Shown: positions 44,263-57,649 of the stretch, piece by piece
Position numbering within the stretch: position 1 is the stretch's first letter
Layout: each line of letters begins with the position of its first letter
DNA from: the human T2T-CHM13v2.0 reference genome, Homo sapiens
Strand: one strand, 5' to 3'
NCBI RefSeq assembly: GCF_009914755.1
Contig: NC_060926.1
DNA: 64,000 bases
Program-made: the position numbers and the translations under genes
The notes under the pieces: model-generated
The model's database searches: none
Told to the model about the DNA's origin: nothing
Seen by the model: only the letters and a program-made list of their open reading frames with translations

Positions 44263-44640
44263 TAAATGATTAAAATATATTTATATATGTTGTGAAGTGT
44301 GAAAAAACATTGTCTTATATTATGGTTCAAACAATACTTACTGAGTTCTGATACTGTGAGAGGCACATGTGAGTATTAAATATTATTAGTATTACTATGC
44401 GTTAAAATATTTCTAATGCTCCTAATGCTCTTAGAAATATTTCTAATGCTCCTAATGCTATTAGAAATGTTTCTAATGCTCCTAATGCTATTAGAAATAT
44501 TTTAACACCTAGTAATACTAATAATATTTAATACTCACATGAGCCTCTCACAGTATCAGAACTCAATATTGTTTGAACCATAATATAAGATAATGTTTTT
44601 TCACACTTCACAACAAATATAAATATATTTTAATCATTTA
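44263..44640. repeat. Long near-perfect inverted repeat (arms ~155/151 bp) with 3x30-bp tandem core
   Basis: 44263-44417 is the reverse complement of 44490-44640 with ~5 substitutions and one 4-nt indel; core unit AAATATTTCTAATGCTCCTAATGCTATTAG at 44405, 44435 and 44465. Confidence 0.97.
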
Positions 44641-44778
44641 TGACGAGTTAATGGGTGCAGCACACCAACATGGCACATGTATACATATGTAACAAACCTG
44701 CATGTTGTGCACATGTACCCTAAAACTTAAAGTATAATAATAATAAAATTAAACAAAAAAAAACTAAAAAAAAAAAAA
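44640..44778 (+). mobile_element. Short 5'-truncated L1PA (L1PA4-6-like) 3' end with poly-A
   Basis: ATGACGAGTTAATGGGTGCAGCACACCAACATGG...AACAAACCTG...CTTAAAGTATAATAATAAT and A tail. Confidence 0.92.
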
Positions 44779-46834
44779 GAATGAAATTTAATGTAGGGAC
44801 TCAAAATGGGATGATTGTCAGCAAAAATAATAAAATATGTAATAGAAAATAATTAGTCTAAAAGTTATATGACAACTAAATAAAACAAATATTTGGAGTC
44901 TAAAAAAATAAAATAAAATATTTCTAGAAAAAAAGTGAATAAGACCATTTGGTAGTTAATAATCATTGCCTTAGCAAGTTGTGCTCTTTAAATGCCCCCA
45001 CTACGGGGAGTCCAGTATCTCTGTATTTAAGAGAACTGGAAGAAGATGAAGTATTCCAGCTAGATGGTCCTGGATTTAATACTCAATTTGATGGGCAGCT
45101 CTTTGGGCCAAGCACAAATGTCCTGTATTGGTGCCAGTGGCAGGTGTCTCAGCCTGGCCACATAATTCTACTGTACCCTCTGTTTTGAGAAACTTTGATT
45201 GTAGATAGTCACCTCAGAGTAAAATGACAAATCTTGTGATTAAGGAAGAAAATTATTTTTCAATTTGAACTAAATGGGAGACTTTCTTCCACTTGGCTGA
45301 TTCTACCAGAATGCTATGTATAACTGCATCCTCTATTATTGGCTACCTTGTTATCCTCAATTGCTTTCTTAGCCTATACTTATGTTTTTTCCAGATCTTC
45401 AAGCTATTTCTACGGATATATCCACATAAGGGCTCAATCCTAGGTGCAGTTCTTGGCAGAGGGAGGGAATACGTTAGTCTTACCTCACTGGGGCTCAGCG
45501 TTAACCATTTGATTCACGCAGCTTTGAAGCGAATCAGATTCAGGGTTTCATAACACAGCGGTGTGCATTTATACCCATTCCACAGGCCCAAACTTTTGTT
45601 TATATTTCCCACCTGCTACCATATCTCTCTCAAGAACTGGAAGCTATAACTTATGGTCAGATTCTAGTTTAACACTTTGTCCAAAATAGGTTTTCATTTG
45701 TAATCTCTTTTGATGCCATGTTGTAGAAATCTTGATCATGTTGACTTAGAGTTGAACTAGGGATATAAACTAGATAGAACTTTAGATTTTGTTTATTCAG
45801 GATGCTGGATAGTAAGAATTTTCCAGTCTTTTTCTATTTTAGTAAATTTACCTTTAATATATGGGTTGATTCTATTTGAAGAGACTCACTAAAGATTTGG
45901 ATTAGGTAATGTATTATGGTCCATGTATAATGGTACATGTTTCACTTCCATACCTAGATGGAGGCATTTTATACAGATGGTATGTGTAGGTAGCTCCTCT
46001 GTCTTTCCCTGTTCTCCAGCTTCTTTCTACCTGTGACACAAATACATGACATCAAATTGGCAGGATGGTTTGCATTCCTGATTAGGTAGGCCTAGTACTA
46101 TGAGGCTATAAAATCACAGATGGCACATGATGCCTTGAAAAATCAGTTGTAGAATAAAAACAAATAGATGTCTTTTATGTGGAGAAGTTGCCTTCTTTTC
46201 AAAAAGCAAGCCCTGGTGTTCTTCATGAATTTTTGCTTTTTTGGTTAAACAGTACCAAAAGAAGGAGCAAGACCTTTTTATGTTGTTTAGAGAGCTCCAT
46301 TAGTACTTCCATTGCTAGCAGAAATTGAAAGGCTGAATGCCTAACAGACACAATAAAAAGCATAAACATGGAAAATGACTGCAGGAGTTTCAGAGGGTCA
46401 CTCTCCGGGAAGCCATAGATTGAAGGAAGCACAGCAGAACAGGGCAGAAGCTGAGCTTCAGTGTCTGCCATTTTCCTCTTCAGATGGTCCTTTTCATGAC
46501 AGATAAGGTATCAATGAACTGGGGGGGCTCTAGGGAGTCAGAGGGTAGACGTTTCCATGCTCTGCTGGTTCTTACATCCAGCATGAAAAGGTGAGAAGAA
46601 TCAGGACTCTGTCTAGGCCTTACAGCCTGGCTTGCGATATATCTAGGGATTTCCTAGTAGAATGTCACGGTCCTCAGCATGAGTTCAGGATCAGAACTGA
46701 GAAAGCAACGACAACAAAAAACCGCACACACACATATTACATATTGTGTGTGTGTGTGTGTGTGTTTAGTTGTGAAGTTACTAATTTAATTCAGATTGGG
46801 AACCCACCAGAGAAGGAAAGGCCGTTATCTAAGA

Positions 46835-46999
46835 TCAGTGGTTCTTAAACATTCATGTGCAGAAGAATCAGTTGAGTAGTTCGTTAAAATGGGCCTCTTA
46901 TCCAGAAATTTGGATCTGGCTCATGGCACACAAACATGTACTTTGAATAAGCACCCTGGGTAATTCTGATCTGAGAGTCTAGAACCACAGTTTGGAAAA
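46835..46999. mobile_element. MER5A-like hAT MITE
   Basis: CAGTGGTTCTTAAAC...GAATCA...GGTAATTCTGAT...ACCACAGTTTGGAAA. Confidence 0.7.
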
Positions 47000-47779
47000 G
47001 TCTGACAAAGTGGAACCTGAATCCTTATGGCTTCAGTGGCTTCATTTATCATGGTTTAGGCAGCCATTCTGGAAAAGAGACTCTTTTTTGTTTGTGTGTT
47101 TGTTTGTTTGTTTTGGATGCAGATTATGGAGAACATAGAACTGAGACTATCCTGAGAAGGCCATGTACCTACAAACTGTTTCCTGACTCTCAGCATGAGC
47201 ACACGAGTGTGGCTCAGTTGGTAATGTCATGGGCACAGGTTGGAGGAATGCTATTCTACCATGTTGTTTATTTCCTGCTGCTGTTGAATCTTCCTGAGGG
47301 GGTAGATATGGAAAAGTGGCTCAGACTAGAATTCCAGAGACTTAGTGTCAGTTTCTTCAAATATGTGTGAAGTTGAATCACAGTTTCCTCCTACGTAAAG
47401 TTAGAGGGTTGGTGTGGATAATCCTAAGATTTGTTTAAAATCTTGTATTGTGTGCGAGGGTGTGTGTCTTCTTTTTATGAATTTTCTGGTACCTAAAAGA
47501 AAGAGTAAGGATACTCATATACCTGTGTTATTGCCATGTCACAGTTGTCATTGTCATTATTTTCTTCTCCAAAGAAGAAATTGTATAGTGCATGTGAAGT
47601 CAAGAAAGTGACCTCACAGCTGCTAGGGCAACAATACACTTACTTGTTTTAGATTTAGCAAGTCCCCAGGATCTATTTGGATACTTGCCATTTTCTTTCT
47701 CTGTTCTCATTAGGCATATATATTTTTTTCTGCTGTGAAATTGATTACTATAATCCTATCTATTCAGAAGGTAGCATAT

Positions 47780-48060
47780 AGGAAACAGTATAAAGTAATT
47801 GTTAAACATGACTCTTTGGGCATAAAGACAAGATACAAATTTCTGCTTCTAAAACTTACTGGCCATTTAATCTTCGGAAAATTGCTTAATTTCTCCAAGT
47901 TCAATTACCTCATCTATGAAATGGGTATAATAACAGTAATTATTTTGTAGAGTTGTTAAAAGGTTGCATAAGATAATGCTTTTTAAGAATTTAATTTAAT
48001 GTAAATTTAAATTTAATGCAATGTTTGACGTAGGGCAAGAACTAAATAAATAGTAGTTTT
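47780..48060 (+). mobile_element. MIR
   Basis: TTGCTTAATTTCTCCAAGTTCAATTACCTCATCTATGAAATGGGTATAATAACAGTA. Confidence 0.7.
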
Positions 48061-48072
48061 TCTGTATATGCT

Positions 48073-48245
48073 AGAGGTCTTTAATTCTGGCTGTACAATG
48101 GAAACACTGGGAAAATTTTAGGTAAATCCCGGTGCCTGTGCTCTACCTGAGGCTAATTAAATCAGCATTTCCGAGGATGAAGCAGGACGTATGTATATTT
48201 TGAAAGCCCTCCAGGTGATTTTGTGTGGCAGAGGTTGAGAGCATC
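48073..48245. mobile_element. MER5A/B-like hAT MITE
   Basis: TTAATTCTGGCTGTACAATGG...CTCCAGGTGATTTTG...GGTTGAGAGCA. Confidence 0.65.
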
Positions 48246-48994
48246 TGGTATTTGCCAAGTGTAATATATGTATCAGAAAGGAGATGATTCTTTTGGCTTC
48301 TCATGTACGCATTGAAGGCATAGTCAATGCGGCTGATATAGACCTCCACACAGACATAGGAGTGATGCCTTTGGTAATCATGACAGTATTAGTCCTTAAT
48401 TAGTTGGTATCTGGTGCCCCAGTGGCCAAGGCCATCATGGGATAACAAGAAAAGAAAACATACGTTGGGTCTATTTTAACCTGGAGAGCCCAACGTATCA
48501 TTCCGAATTTTGTGATATCTGGTTTTGAGATAATTTTCTACAATCCTTCTGATCCAATTTCTGTTGAAAAACAAAGCACAACAAAAAGTAATCCATTGAA
48601 GCTGTGAAACATACACAAGGAAGGTGACGTTTTCCTGAGGATAAGGGAAGCTAGATTTGGGCCTTTTGGGGGTTTGTGATGTGTTTTTCCTTGGTTATTA
48701 GTCCCCTGATCCACTCTGAGCACAGAACAGGCTCAGAGATGTTGATTAGATTCTGGGGGACTTTCCCTTGAGTGAGGGCCCTGAGAGGCCACGGCCTAGC
48801 CTTGGGGGAAGCTCTGTTTCCAGGCTCTGGCCTCCACTGGTGTAATCTTAACTGATTCTTAAATTGGTGTTGTCTGAATTGGTAAGGCAAATGCCAGGCT
48901 TCCCTAGAAGCTTTCCAAGTATATGTTCCAAGTATTTTGCTAGGGCTTACCTCAGAGAGGATGTATTCCTAAACTTTTGACATGAATTCAGATA

Positions 48995-50191
48995 CAGTAA
49001 GACCTTGCTTAATGATGGAGATATGTTTTGAGAATGCATTGTTAGATCATTTTATTGTTGTGCAAACACCATAGAATGTGCTTATACAAACCTAGATGGT
49101 ATAACCCACTACATACCTAGGCTGTATAGTATAGAATATAGCTCCTAGGCTGCAAATCTGTATAGCATATTCCTGTACTAAATACTGTAGGCAATTATAA
49201 CACAGTGGTAAGTATTTGTGTTTCTAAACACAGAAAAGTTATAGTTAAAATATAAAAAAAATGGTACATCTGTATAAAGCACCTACCATTAATGTAGCCT
49301 GTCAGACTGGAAATTGTTCTGGATGAGTCAGGGAGTGAGTGGTGTGTGAATGTGGAGGCCTAGAACATTACACTATGGTAGACTTTATAAACACCGTACA
49401 CTTAGGCTACACTACATTTATAAAAACAGTTTTCTTTTTTTGGTGACAAATTGATGTTAGCTTACTGTTACTTTTTAACTTTATAAACATTGTTTTAAAC
49501 CTTTTTGACTCTTTTGTAATAATACAGCTTAAAACACAAACACATTGTAGAGCTGTACAAAAATATTTTCTTTCTTTATATCCTTATTCAATAAGCTCTT
49601 TTCTATGTAAAGCTTTTTAACTTTTTAAATTTTTTTGTTAAAAAACTAAGATACAAACATGCAGATGAGCTTAGGCCTGCACAGGGTCAGGATCATCAAT
49701 GTCGCTATTTTCCACCTCCACATCTTGTCCCAGTGGAAGGGCTTCAGGAGCAGTAACACCCAGGGAGCTGTTTGTCTCCTATGATAACAGCCTATAATAA
49801 TACCTTCTTCTGGAAAACTTCCTGAAGGACCTACCTGAGGCTGTTTTACAGTTAACTTTATTCTTATTATTTTAGTAAGAAGGAGTATACTCTAAAATAA
49901 CAATAAAAAGTATGGCATAGTTAATACACAAACCAGTCATATAGTCATTTGTTATCACTACCAAGTGTTATATGCTATACATATATGTGCTATACTGTTA
50001 TGTGACTGGCAGTGCAGTAGGTCTGTTTACACCAGCATTACCACAGTGAATAATGCATTGTGCTACAATGTTAGGGCAGCTACAATGTCACTAGACAACA
50101 GGAATTTTTCAGCTCCATAGTAATCGTATGACACCACTGTCATATGTGTGGTCAGTCATTGACTGAAATATCCTTATGTGGCACACGACTG
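48995..50191 (+). mobile_element. Tigger3b-like (TcMar-Tigger) DNA transposon, ~1.2 kb
   Basis: TA|CAGT...ACTG|TA termini with TA TSDs; AAACCTAGATGGTATAACCCACTACATACCTAGGCT and CTTAGGCCTGCACAGGGTCAGGATCATCAAT motifs. Confidence 0.88.
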
Positions 50192-50730
50192 TAGATAAAA
50201 TCTCATCTTTTGCTAGCGTGAGCTGAGTCAGCACACACTCACTGAGGCAAGGTAGCGGCCTACGTATTTCACCCTGATAGACTCTATCCTTATCCTTTTA
50301 GTTTTTTACCCAAGGAGGCTCCAGCTATTTCTGTCACAGGCCCCAAATTTGTGCATTCCATCCCTAATAGGGAGGCAGAGGGGTTGAAGGATACAGTTAA
50401 AGTTGGAGCAGAAGGAAATAGGTAGCTGTAAATCCAAAGAGAGCAGAGGTGAGTGCTGGATGGTGGATAAGTAGTGAGAAGATAATAAATGCCTAGAGGG
50501 AGCAGGGTGGGGAAAGTAGTGCAAAGCCCTAAAATAACCTCACTGTCTAGAAGACCTCTGTGGCTTTTACCGTCCCAGCAGCACTTCCCCTCTTCTGGCA
50601 TCCAGAATCAGAGACAATAGTGGGCCTGTCTTCACTCTTGACTCCTGATGCTGTGATGGGTCCATAGGTACAGTTGTAATGCAAGTAGGACCTATCAGAG
50701 TCCTTTCTTGGGGCCGATAAACAATGAAAT

Positions 50731-51165
50731 TTCACAATAGCAAAGATATGTAAACAACCTAAGTATCCATTGATACATGAATAAAGGAAATGTGGTATAT
50801 ATGGTATATATGCACAATGGAATACTATTCAGCCATATAAAAGAAGGAAATCATGTCTTTTGCAGCAACATGGATGGAATCTGAGGCCATTATCTTAAGT
50901 GAAACAACTCACATAGAAAGACAAATACTGTACGTTCTCATTTAGAAGTGGGAGTGAAATAATGTGTACATCGGACATAGAGTATGGAATAGTAGACACT
51001 GGAGACTCAGAAGGGTGAGGGGCAGAGAGGCAGGATGAATGACAAGAAATTACTTAATGGGTACAATGCATGTTATTTGGGTGAGGCACCGACTTTACCA
51101 TTACACAATATAAACATATAACAAAAGTACACTTGTACCCCACATATTAAAAAAAATTAAATTTA
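50731..51165 (+). mobile_element. L1MA-type LINE 3' end
   Basis: TTCACAATAGCAAAGAT, GCAGCAACATGGATGGAA, AAATTACTTAATGGGTACAATG, A-rich tail. Confidence 0.85.
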
Positions 51166-52126
51166 AAATAAGATGCTGGTGATGACTGACTATCACTACA
51201 AGGAAAGAGTGTACCTGCTAATGAAACAAACAGGAAGGTAAGAGGACAGAGAGCGAAGGAGAGACCTGATGATTCTGCTATGCTTAAACCAGCCCACCCC
51301 TTAGTCCTTGGTTTTCCCGGTGATGTGAGCTTTTCTGTCCCTTTTTCTCCCAAGCTAGAGGAGTAGGATTTCTGTCAAGGAAAGTTCCAATACAACTCAT
51401 TTCATAATTTTGGTAAGAATTTGCCTCCCACAGACAGCAACAGTAGATTTTTTTCCCTCGAGTTATTTTGAATAGGTTGCCTCTCCTAACAGGAAAGTTC
51501 TTGAGTGGTACACTTCATCGGGAATGACTCCCTTTGTAGACATTTTTCTTTGGTCTTTTCTTTACATATATCCTTCCCCTGTTAGGTTAAAAGCTCCTAC
51601 TTGCATTTCAGATTTTGGCCCAGAACATCTAAAATCAGGGCCTGATAGAGGCTTGTTCCTGCCCAATTTTATTCTTTCCAGCTGAGGCAGCTGCCTCAGT
51701 TAAGTGCTGCCTGGTAAATAGAGCATGTATAAAAGGTGAAGGAAGGAGGAATCAGGACTGAAGCAACCAGAACATCTGATGATCAGAAGCCCTCCCTGAC
51801 CTGTCCTACTTCCTCTTCACAGCAACTCAGTGTTGACATTTTTGGATCCAGAAATCAGGGGCATTTCTCTGAGAGTAGAAAGGGGTTTTTAGAAAGAGAC
51901 ATCCTATAGATTATGGTGGCTAAATAGAGCTAATTGGATGCTGTTGGAGAAGAGTACTAAAAACAAGCTTTCAAGGAATTTAACATACCCCTTCACGTGC
52001 AGCCTGGTGCTGGAGTGGGTATACACTGCTGTTGGGGATTGATTTAGAGAGGCATGGTTTAGGAGAGACAGCCTCCCAAGCAAGCAGTCCAGGCCAAGAA
52101 GAATCTTAGAGTAAAAATGTCAGGCT

Positions 52127-52328
52127 AAGTGATTCTTAACCAGGAGTGATTTACTCCCCAGGAGACATATGCAATGTCTGGAGATATTTTGGTTGTCATA
52201 ACTGCAGAGGATGTTGCTACTGCTTAGCAAGTAGAGGCAGAAATGAAACTAAGCATCCTAAGTTCACAGGACAGCTCCCACAATTATCTGGTCCAAAATG
52301 TCAGTGGTGTTGCAGTTGAGAAACTGGG
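52127..52328 (+). mobile_element. MER20
   Basis: GCAATGTCTGGAGATATTTTGGTTGTCATAACTG...AATTATCTGGTCCAAAATGTCAGT...GTTGAGAAACTG. Confidence 0.85.
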
Positions 52329-53769
52329 CTGAAGCCATTAGTGATACCTGGGTGATATGGGGAGATCAAGGACAGACACTCTTTCCAGAGGGTCAGAGGC
52401 AGAATCCACACCAGGACCAAGCAAGAGATTGCAGCTGGGGGAATAAAGTGTTAAAAGAAGTATAGGTCAGGAACAAAAAAGTCCTATGATAGCAGCAAGG
52501 CATCTGAGTTGGTTGTTCTCATTTGGGAAGGGTGAGCTCATTTAATGGTCTAGAGTATACTTTCTTCCTTTGTTTCATTCATAGTTAATATACTAAAGTA
52601 ATTCACAATGAGGGCAGCAGTCACTTTTTATTTTTTTCTGTGTCCTTGGTACTTGGCACAGAGTAAATTCAATAAATGGCTATTAATAAAATGGGAATGA
52701 ATGCAGTGATGTATTTCTCCTCTGGGAAACATACATACATTTTTAGATATAAAAATAAGGATACTTACCTACACATATGCATATATATGCATATATATTG
52801 TGTTACAATGTAAAGCACACATACTTTGGAGTCATAAAATCTAAGCTAACCAGCTATGCGACTCACTTACACTAGATAATACTAACACTGACCTTAGAAG
52901 ATATTTTTTTCATTTTTTTAAAAAAGAAAATACTAAACTGACCTTACAAGGATATTTTCATTTTGCGAAATTGAGATATAATCATGTATCTTAAATTGAC
53001 CTTTTAAAAATGTGCAATTCAGTGGTTTTTAATATATTCACAAAGTTGTACAACCATTTCCGCTATCTAATTCGTGTACATGTTCATCACTCATCAGGAT
53101 ACCCATTAGCATTGACTAATGAGCCCTATTCTCCCATTCCCCATCTCCTAGGAACCACTAATCTACTTCTGTCTCTGTGGATTTCCCTATTTTGGACATT
53201 TCATGTTAAAGGCATCATGCAATATGTGGCTTTGATATCTGGCTTCTTTCACTTAGCATGTTTTCAAGATTCATTGATATTATAGGCTATATCAGACATT
53301 TATTCATTTTTAAGGCTGAATGATAGGCCATTGTATGGATATGCCGTATTTATCTGTTAATCATAAGCCATTTGGCTTATTTTCACTTCTTGGCTATTAT
53401 GAATAGGCTGCAATGAGCAGTTGTGTGCAAAATTTTTATATTATCTTTGGTATCTAACTAGGAATGAAACTATTGGGTCATATAGTAACTCTATATTTAA
53501 TCTTTTGAGCAGCTGCCAGCTGTTTTCTATAATAAAGCATCTATACCATTTTACATTTTCACCAGCATTGCATGAGGGTTCTAATTTCTCCACATTCTCA
53601 CCACTTGTTATTGTCCTTCTAATTTAGCCATTCTAGTGGGGGTGAAGTTGTTTCTCACTGTGGTTTTAATTTGAATTTCCATAATTAATAATGATGTCAA
53701 GCATCTTTTCATGTGCTTCTTGGCCATTTGCTTATCTTTTTTGGAGAAATTTCTATTCAAGTCCTTTGC

Positions 53770-54058
53770 TTATTTATTTATTTATGAGACAGAGTCTTGA
53801 TCTGTTGCCCAGGCTGGAGTGCAATGTCCCAGTCTCGGCTCACTGCAACCTCTGCCTCTCAGGTCCTCCTGCCTCAGCCTCTTGAGTAGCTGGGATTACA
53901 GGTTCCTGCCACCACACCCTGCTAATTTTTGTATTTTTAGTAGAGACAGGGTCTTGTCATGTTGGCCAGGCTGGTCTCGATCTCCTGACCTCAGGTATCT
54001 GCCCACCTCGGCCTCCCAAATGGCTGGAATTACAGGCATGTGCCACTACGCCCCGCCC
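53770..54058 (-). mobile_element. AluS SINE nested in L1MB
   Basis: (TTTA)n tail, reverse Alu body, TSD CCTTTGCT(T/C)ATTT. Confidence 0.9.
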
Positions 54059-54433
54059 TTTGCTCATTTTAAAATTGGTTTGTTTATGGTTTTGTTGTTG
54101 AATTGTAGAGTTCTATATATATGCTATATACTAGTCCTTTATTAGACATATGCTTTGCAAATAGTTTTTTCCACTCTGGGGGTTGTCTTTTCACTTTCTT
54201 TATAGTCTCCTTTAAAACAAATATTTTGAATTTTGATGTCTAATTTGTTGACTGTTTTGTTTTGTTTGCTTGTGCTTCTGGTGTCATATTTAAGAACCCT
54301 TGCCTAATCCAATGTCATGAAGACTTGAGCCTACATTTTTTTTTCAAAAGTTTATTATAGTTTTAGCATATACATTTAGGTCTATGATCCATTTGAAACT
54401 AACTTTTGTGTGGGGTGTAAGGTATGGGTTCAA

Positions 54434-54435
<2 letters not shown>

Positions 54436-54466
<31 letters not shown>
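54436..54466. repeat. (GT)n microsatellite
   Basis: Perfect TG run. Confidence 0.95.
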
Positions 54467-54467
<1 letters not shown>

Positions 54468-56899
54468 GATATCCATTTAACTCAAGCCTCTATATTGAAA
54501 AGAATATTCTTTCCCCTAATAAATTATCTTTGTACCCTTGTCAAAAGCCTATTGACCATAAATGTATAGGTTTATTTCTGTAGTGTATTTCATTGTTCTT
54601 TATGCCTATCTTATGCGAGTACTACACTGTGTACTTGATTATAGTAATTTTGTTGTAAGTTTTGAAATTGAGAATTTTTTCCTACTTTGTTTTTCATTTT
54701 CAATGTTGTTTGGCTATCCTGGGTCCCTTGCAATTCCATATGAATATTAGGATCAACTTGTCAGTTTCTGCCAAAAAAAAAGCAACTAGGATTTTAATAA
54801 GAATTGTGTTGACTCTGTAGATAAATTTGGGGAGCATTGTCAACATAATACTATTATATTAAGTCTTCCAATCTGCAAAGATGGGATGGCTTTCCATTAA
54901 ATTTTCATTAAAGTTCTTCTTTAATTTCCTTAAGTGATATTTTATGGCTGTCAGTACACAAGTCTTGTACTTCTTTTGTTAAATTTATTCCAAAATATTT
55001 TATTTGTTGATGCTATTGTAAATGGAATTGTTTTCTCAATTTAATTTTCATTTATTCATTGCTGTGTATAGAAATACGGTTGGTTTTTGTACATTCATCG
55101 TGCGTCCTACAACACTTATTAGTTATAATAGTTTTTTAGTAAATTCTTTGATATTTTCAATATATAAGATCATGCCATTTGTTAGTATACATAGTTTTAT
55201 TTCTTCCTTTCCAAATTGGATGCCTTTTTTGTCTTTTTCTTGTCTAATTGGCTTGGATAAAACCTCCAGCAAAATGTTGACTGGAAGAGGCAAGAGTTGA
55301 GGTCCTTGTCTTTTTTCTGATTTTAGGGGAAAGATTGCAGTTTTTCACTATTAAATAAGATGTTAGCTGTAAGTTTTTCTAAATTAAAAAAAAATAAGTT
55401 TGAAGAAATACCTTGTTTCTACTTTGGTGAGTGTTTTTATCATGAAAGGAAGTTGAATTTTTTCAGATGCTTTTACTGCATCTATTGGTATAATTATATT
55501 TTTGTTATTTATTCCATTAATGTGGTCTAATTACATTGGTTGGTTTTCCTGTATTGAACCAAGCTTTCATTCCTGGGCTAAATTCCACTTAATTGTGGTG
55601 TAGAATTCTTCTTACATGTTGATAGACTTAGTTTGTTAGTGTTATGTTGAGAATTTTTACCTGTATATCTACAAGTGATATTGATTTGTAGTTTTCCTGT
55701 GGTATCTTTGTCTGTTTGTGGTATCAGGGTAATACTGGCCTCATTAAATCATTTGGAAAGTATTCTGTCCTCTTTTAGGTTTTGGATGAGTTTGTGTGTG
55801 AATAATTTGATGACTGGTACTAATTTTTTTTTTTTTAACTCACCAGGAATGCCATCTGGTCCCGTGAGTTTTTCTGGAAAGTGCTTTTTTTTTTTTTTAA
55901 ATGCAACCCCTTTACTTGTTATAGGTCTCTTAGGACTTTCTATTTCTTTTTGAGTCAGTTTTGCTAATTAGGGACTTTTTAAGAAATTCATCTAGGTTAT
56001 ATAACTTGTTGACAATTATTCATAACATTCCTTTCAAATTGAATATGCCATCTTGCTACTTTCTGGCCTCCATGGTTTCTGATCAGAAATTAGTTGTTTT
56101 TAATTAGCTTCTTTCTTGCTGGTTACAAGGCTCTTTCTTTGTCTTTGATTGTTTAATTATGGTGTATTTATGTGTGGTTCTCTGAGTTTATCTCATAGGG
56201 AATTTATTGAATTTCTTGAATAGTAGTTTAACATTTTTCATCAAGTTTGGAAAGTTTTAGTTTTTGTGTTTGTTTTTTGGTCATTACTTCAAGTATTCTT
56301 TCTGCTTTCTCTCTGTCCTCTTTTTCTGAGACTCTGCTCATGAGCATGTTTGCAAGTGCGATGGTCTCTGAAAATCTCTTCTTTCTTCTTTACTCTCTAT
56401 TGCTTTCTGTTTCTCAGACAAGATAATTTTAATTCATTCTCTTTAAGTTCAGTAATTATTTTCATGGTTCAGTGGGGGCTCTTGTCACACACATAACTGG
56501 ATACACCATCTTTAGCACAAACATTTACCACTGGAGAGCTTTCTCCACAGTAGGAAGTCACCCATGAGAATGACAATACATTTGTTTGTGCAATTGTTGC
56601 AGCACAATCTATGAGTAGAAAAATTGAGTTTCAGGTTTCTAACTTATTCTAATTACTTTTGCAAATGAAAACCAGAAAAACAGACCCAATGTGTTTATTT
56701 TTTCAACAGAATTGATTGCATGATAAAGCTTTTAGGTGTTGGGAATGGTTTTGTTCAAGGAAGTCAATGATTTTGCCACAATGAGATTAGTGATGATAGA
56801 AGTAATTCTAATTTGTATTCTGCAGTCATTATACTACTGCAGATAACTAAGTCTCTCCAGGAAGAGAAAACTTTATAGACTGGAGCCAAGGCATTTAGT

Positions 56900-57640
56900 T
56901 CCAGATGGAATAAAAGAAGAAATAAAGCATTTACATTGAACTTTTTATTGTAATTTAGCCCAATTTGATGAGGGAAAACTCTTTATTCCAGAAGAATAAC
57001 AGCTGGTGAAAGTATAAGGCATAATTAAAGTAGAAATTTACCATTTTGAAACCCTTAGTAAAGTAATTGATTACAGGGATAACAGGTCAATAATGAATGT
57101 TATACATTTAAGAGAGAGGCCATTAGGGAGCAAGTCATTCTAAAGTAGCAAAGAAACTCACAGATTACTTGATAATTGCAAAAAAGAAAAATATACCTAT
57201 GCAGTGGAGACATGTGGTTGTCACCAACTTAACCAAGCAATCACACTTAACATCACACTAATAGTCAGACAACCTAACATTATGACTTCCCTGATACGAT
57301 ACATTTTGAAGTACATGACATCTTGCCAAGAAAATATCAAACCTGAGTGTAATCAGTGCTTTAGCTCTAACTTAGATTTGATAGAAAATAGGAAATGCAA
57401 GAGATAGAGAATAAAAATAAATGACCCATCAACAAACAACTAGACAAATCTAGACTATGGGACACTCACATACAACTTGTCTAACTTCTTCAAAAATTCA
57501 TTAGAAAGGAAAGGTAGGATGACAGTTTTAGATGAGAAGAAACTTAAGCTCAGACCAACCAAATACAAAGCATGACTGATAGGATTCATACTAAAAATAT
57601 TTCAATAACTGTTTTGATAATTAGAACAATTTATATAGAG
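56900..57640 (+). mobile_element. Old L1ME-type 3' fragment
   Basis: GTCACCAACTTAACCAAGCAATCACACTTAACATCAC-type motif, A-rich. Confidence 0.55.
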
Positions 57641-57649
57641 AGAGGATAG

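Larger units (their letters stand above)
52960..56460 (-). mobile_element. L1MB-type LINE (3' end plus ORF2/ORF1 remnants) with nested Alu and (GT)n
   Basis: AATTCAGTGGTTTTTAATATATTCACAAAGTTGTACAACCAT 3' signature, then long T-rich reverse L1 sequence. Confidence 0.82.

Noticed and set aside
44405-44494. 3x30-bp repeat resembling a CRISPR-like array
   Set aside because: Units are directly adjacent with no spacers, the context is eukaryotic and there are no cas genes; it is the tip of the palindrome.
56470-56890. Possible transposase or pseudogene remnant
   Set aside because: No sustained frame or motif I could recognise; cannot be assigned without a search.
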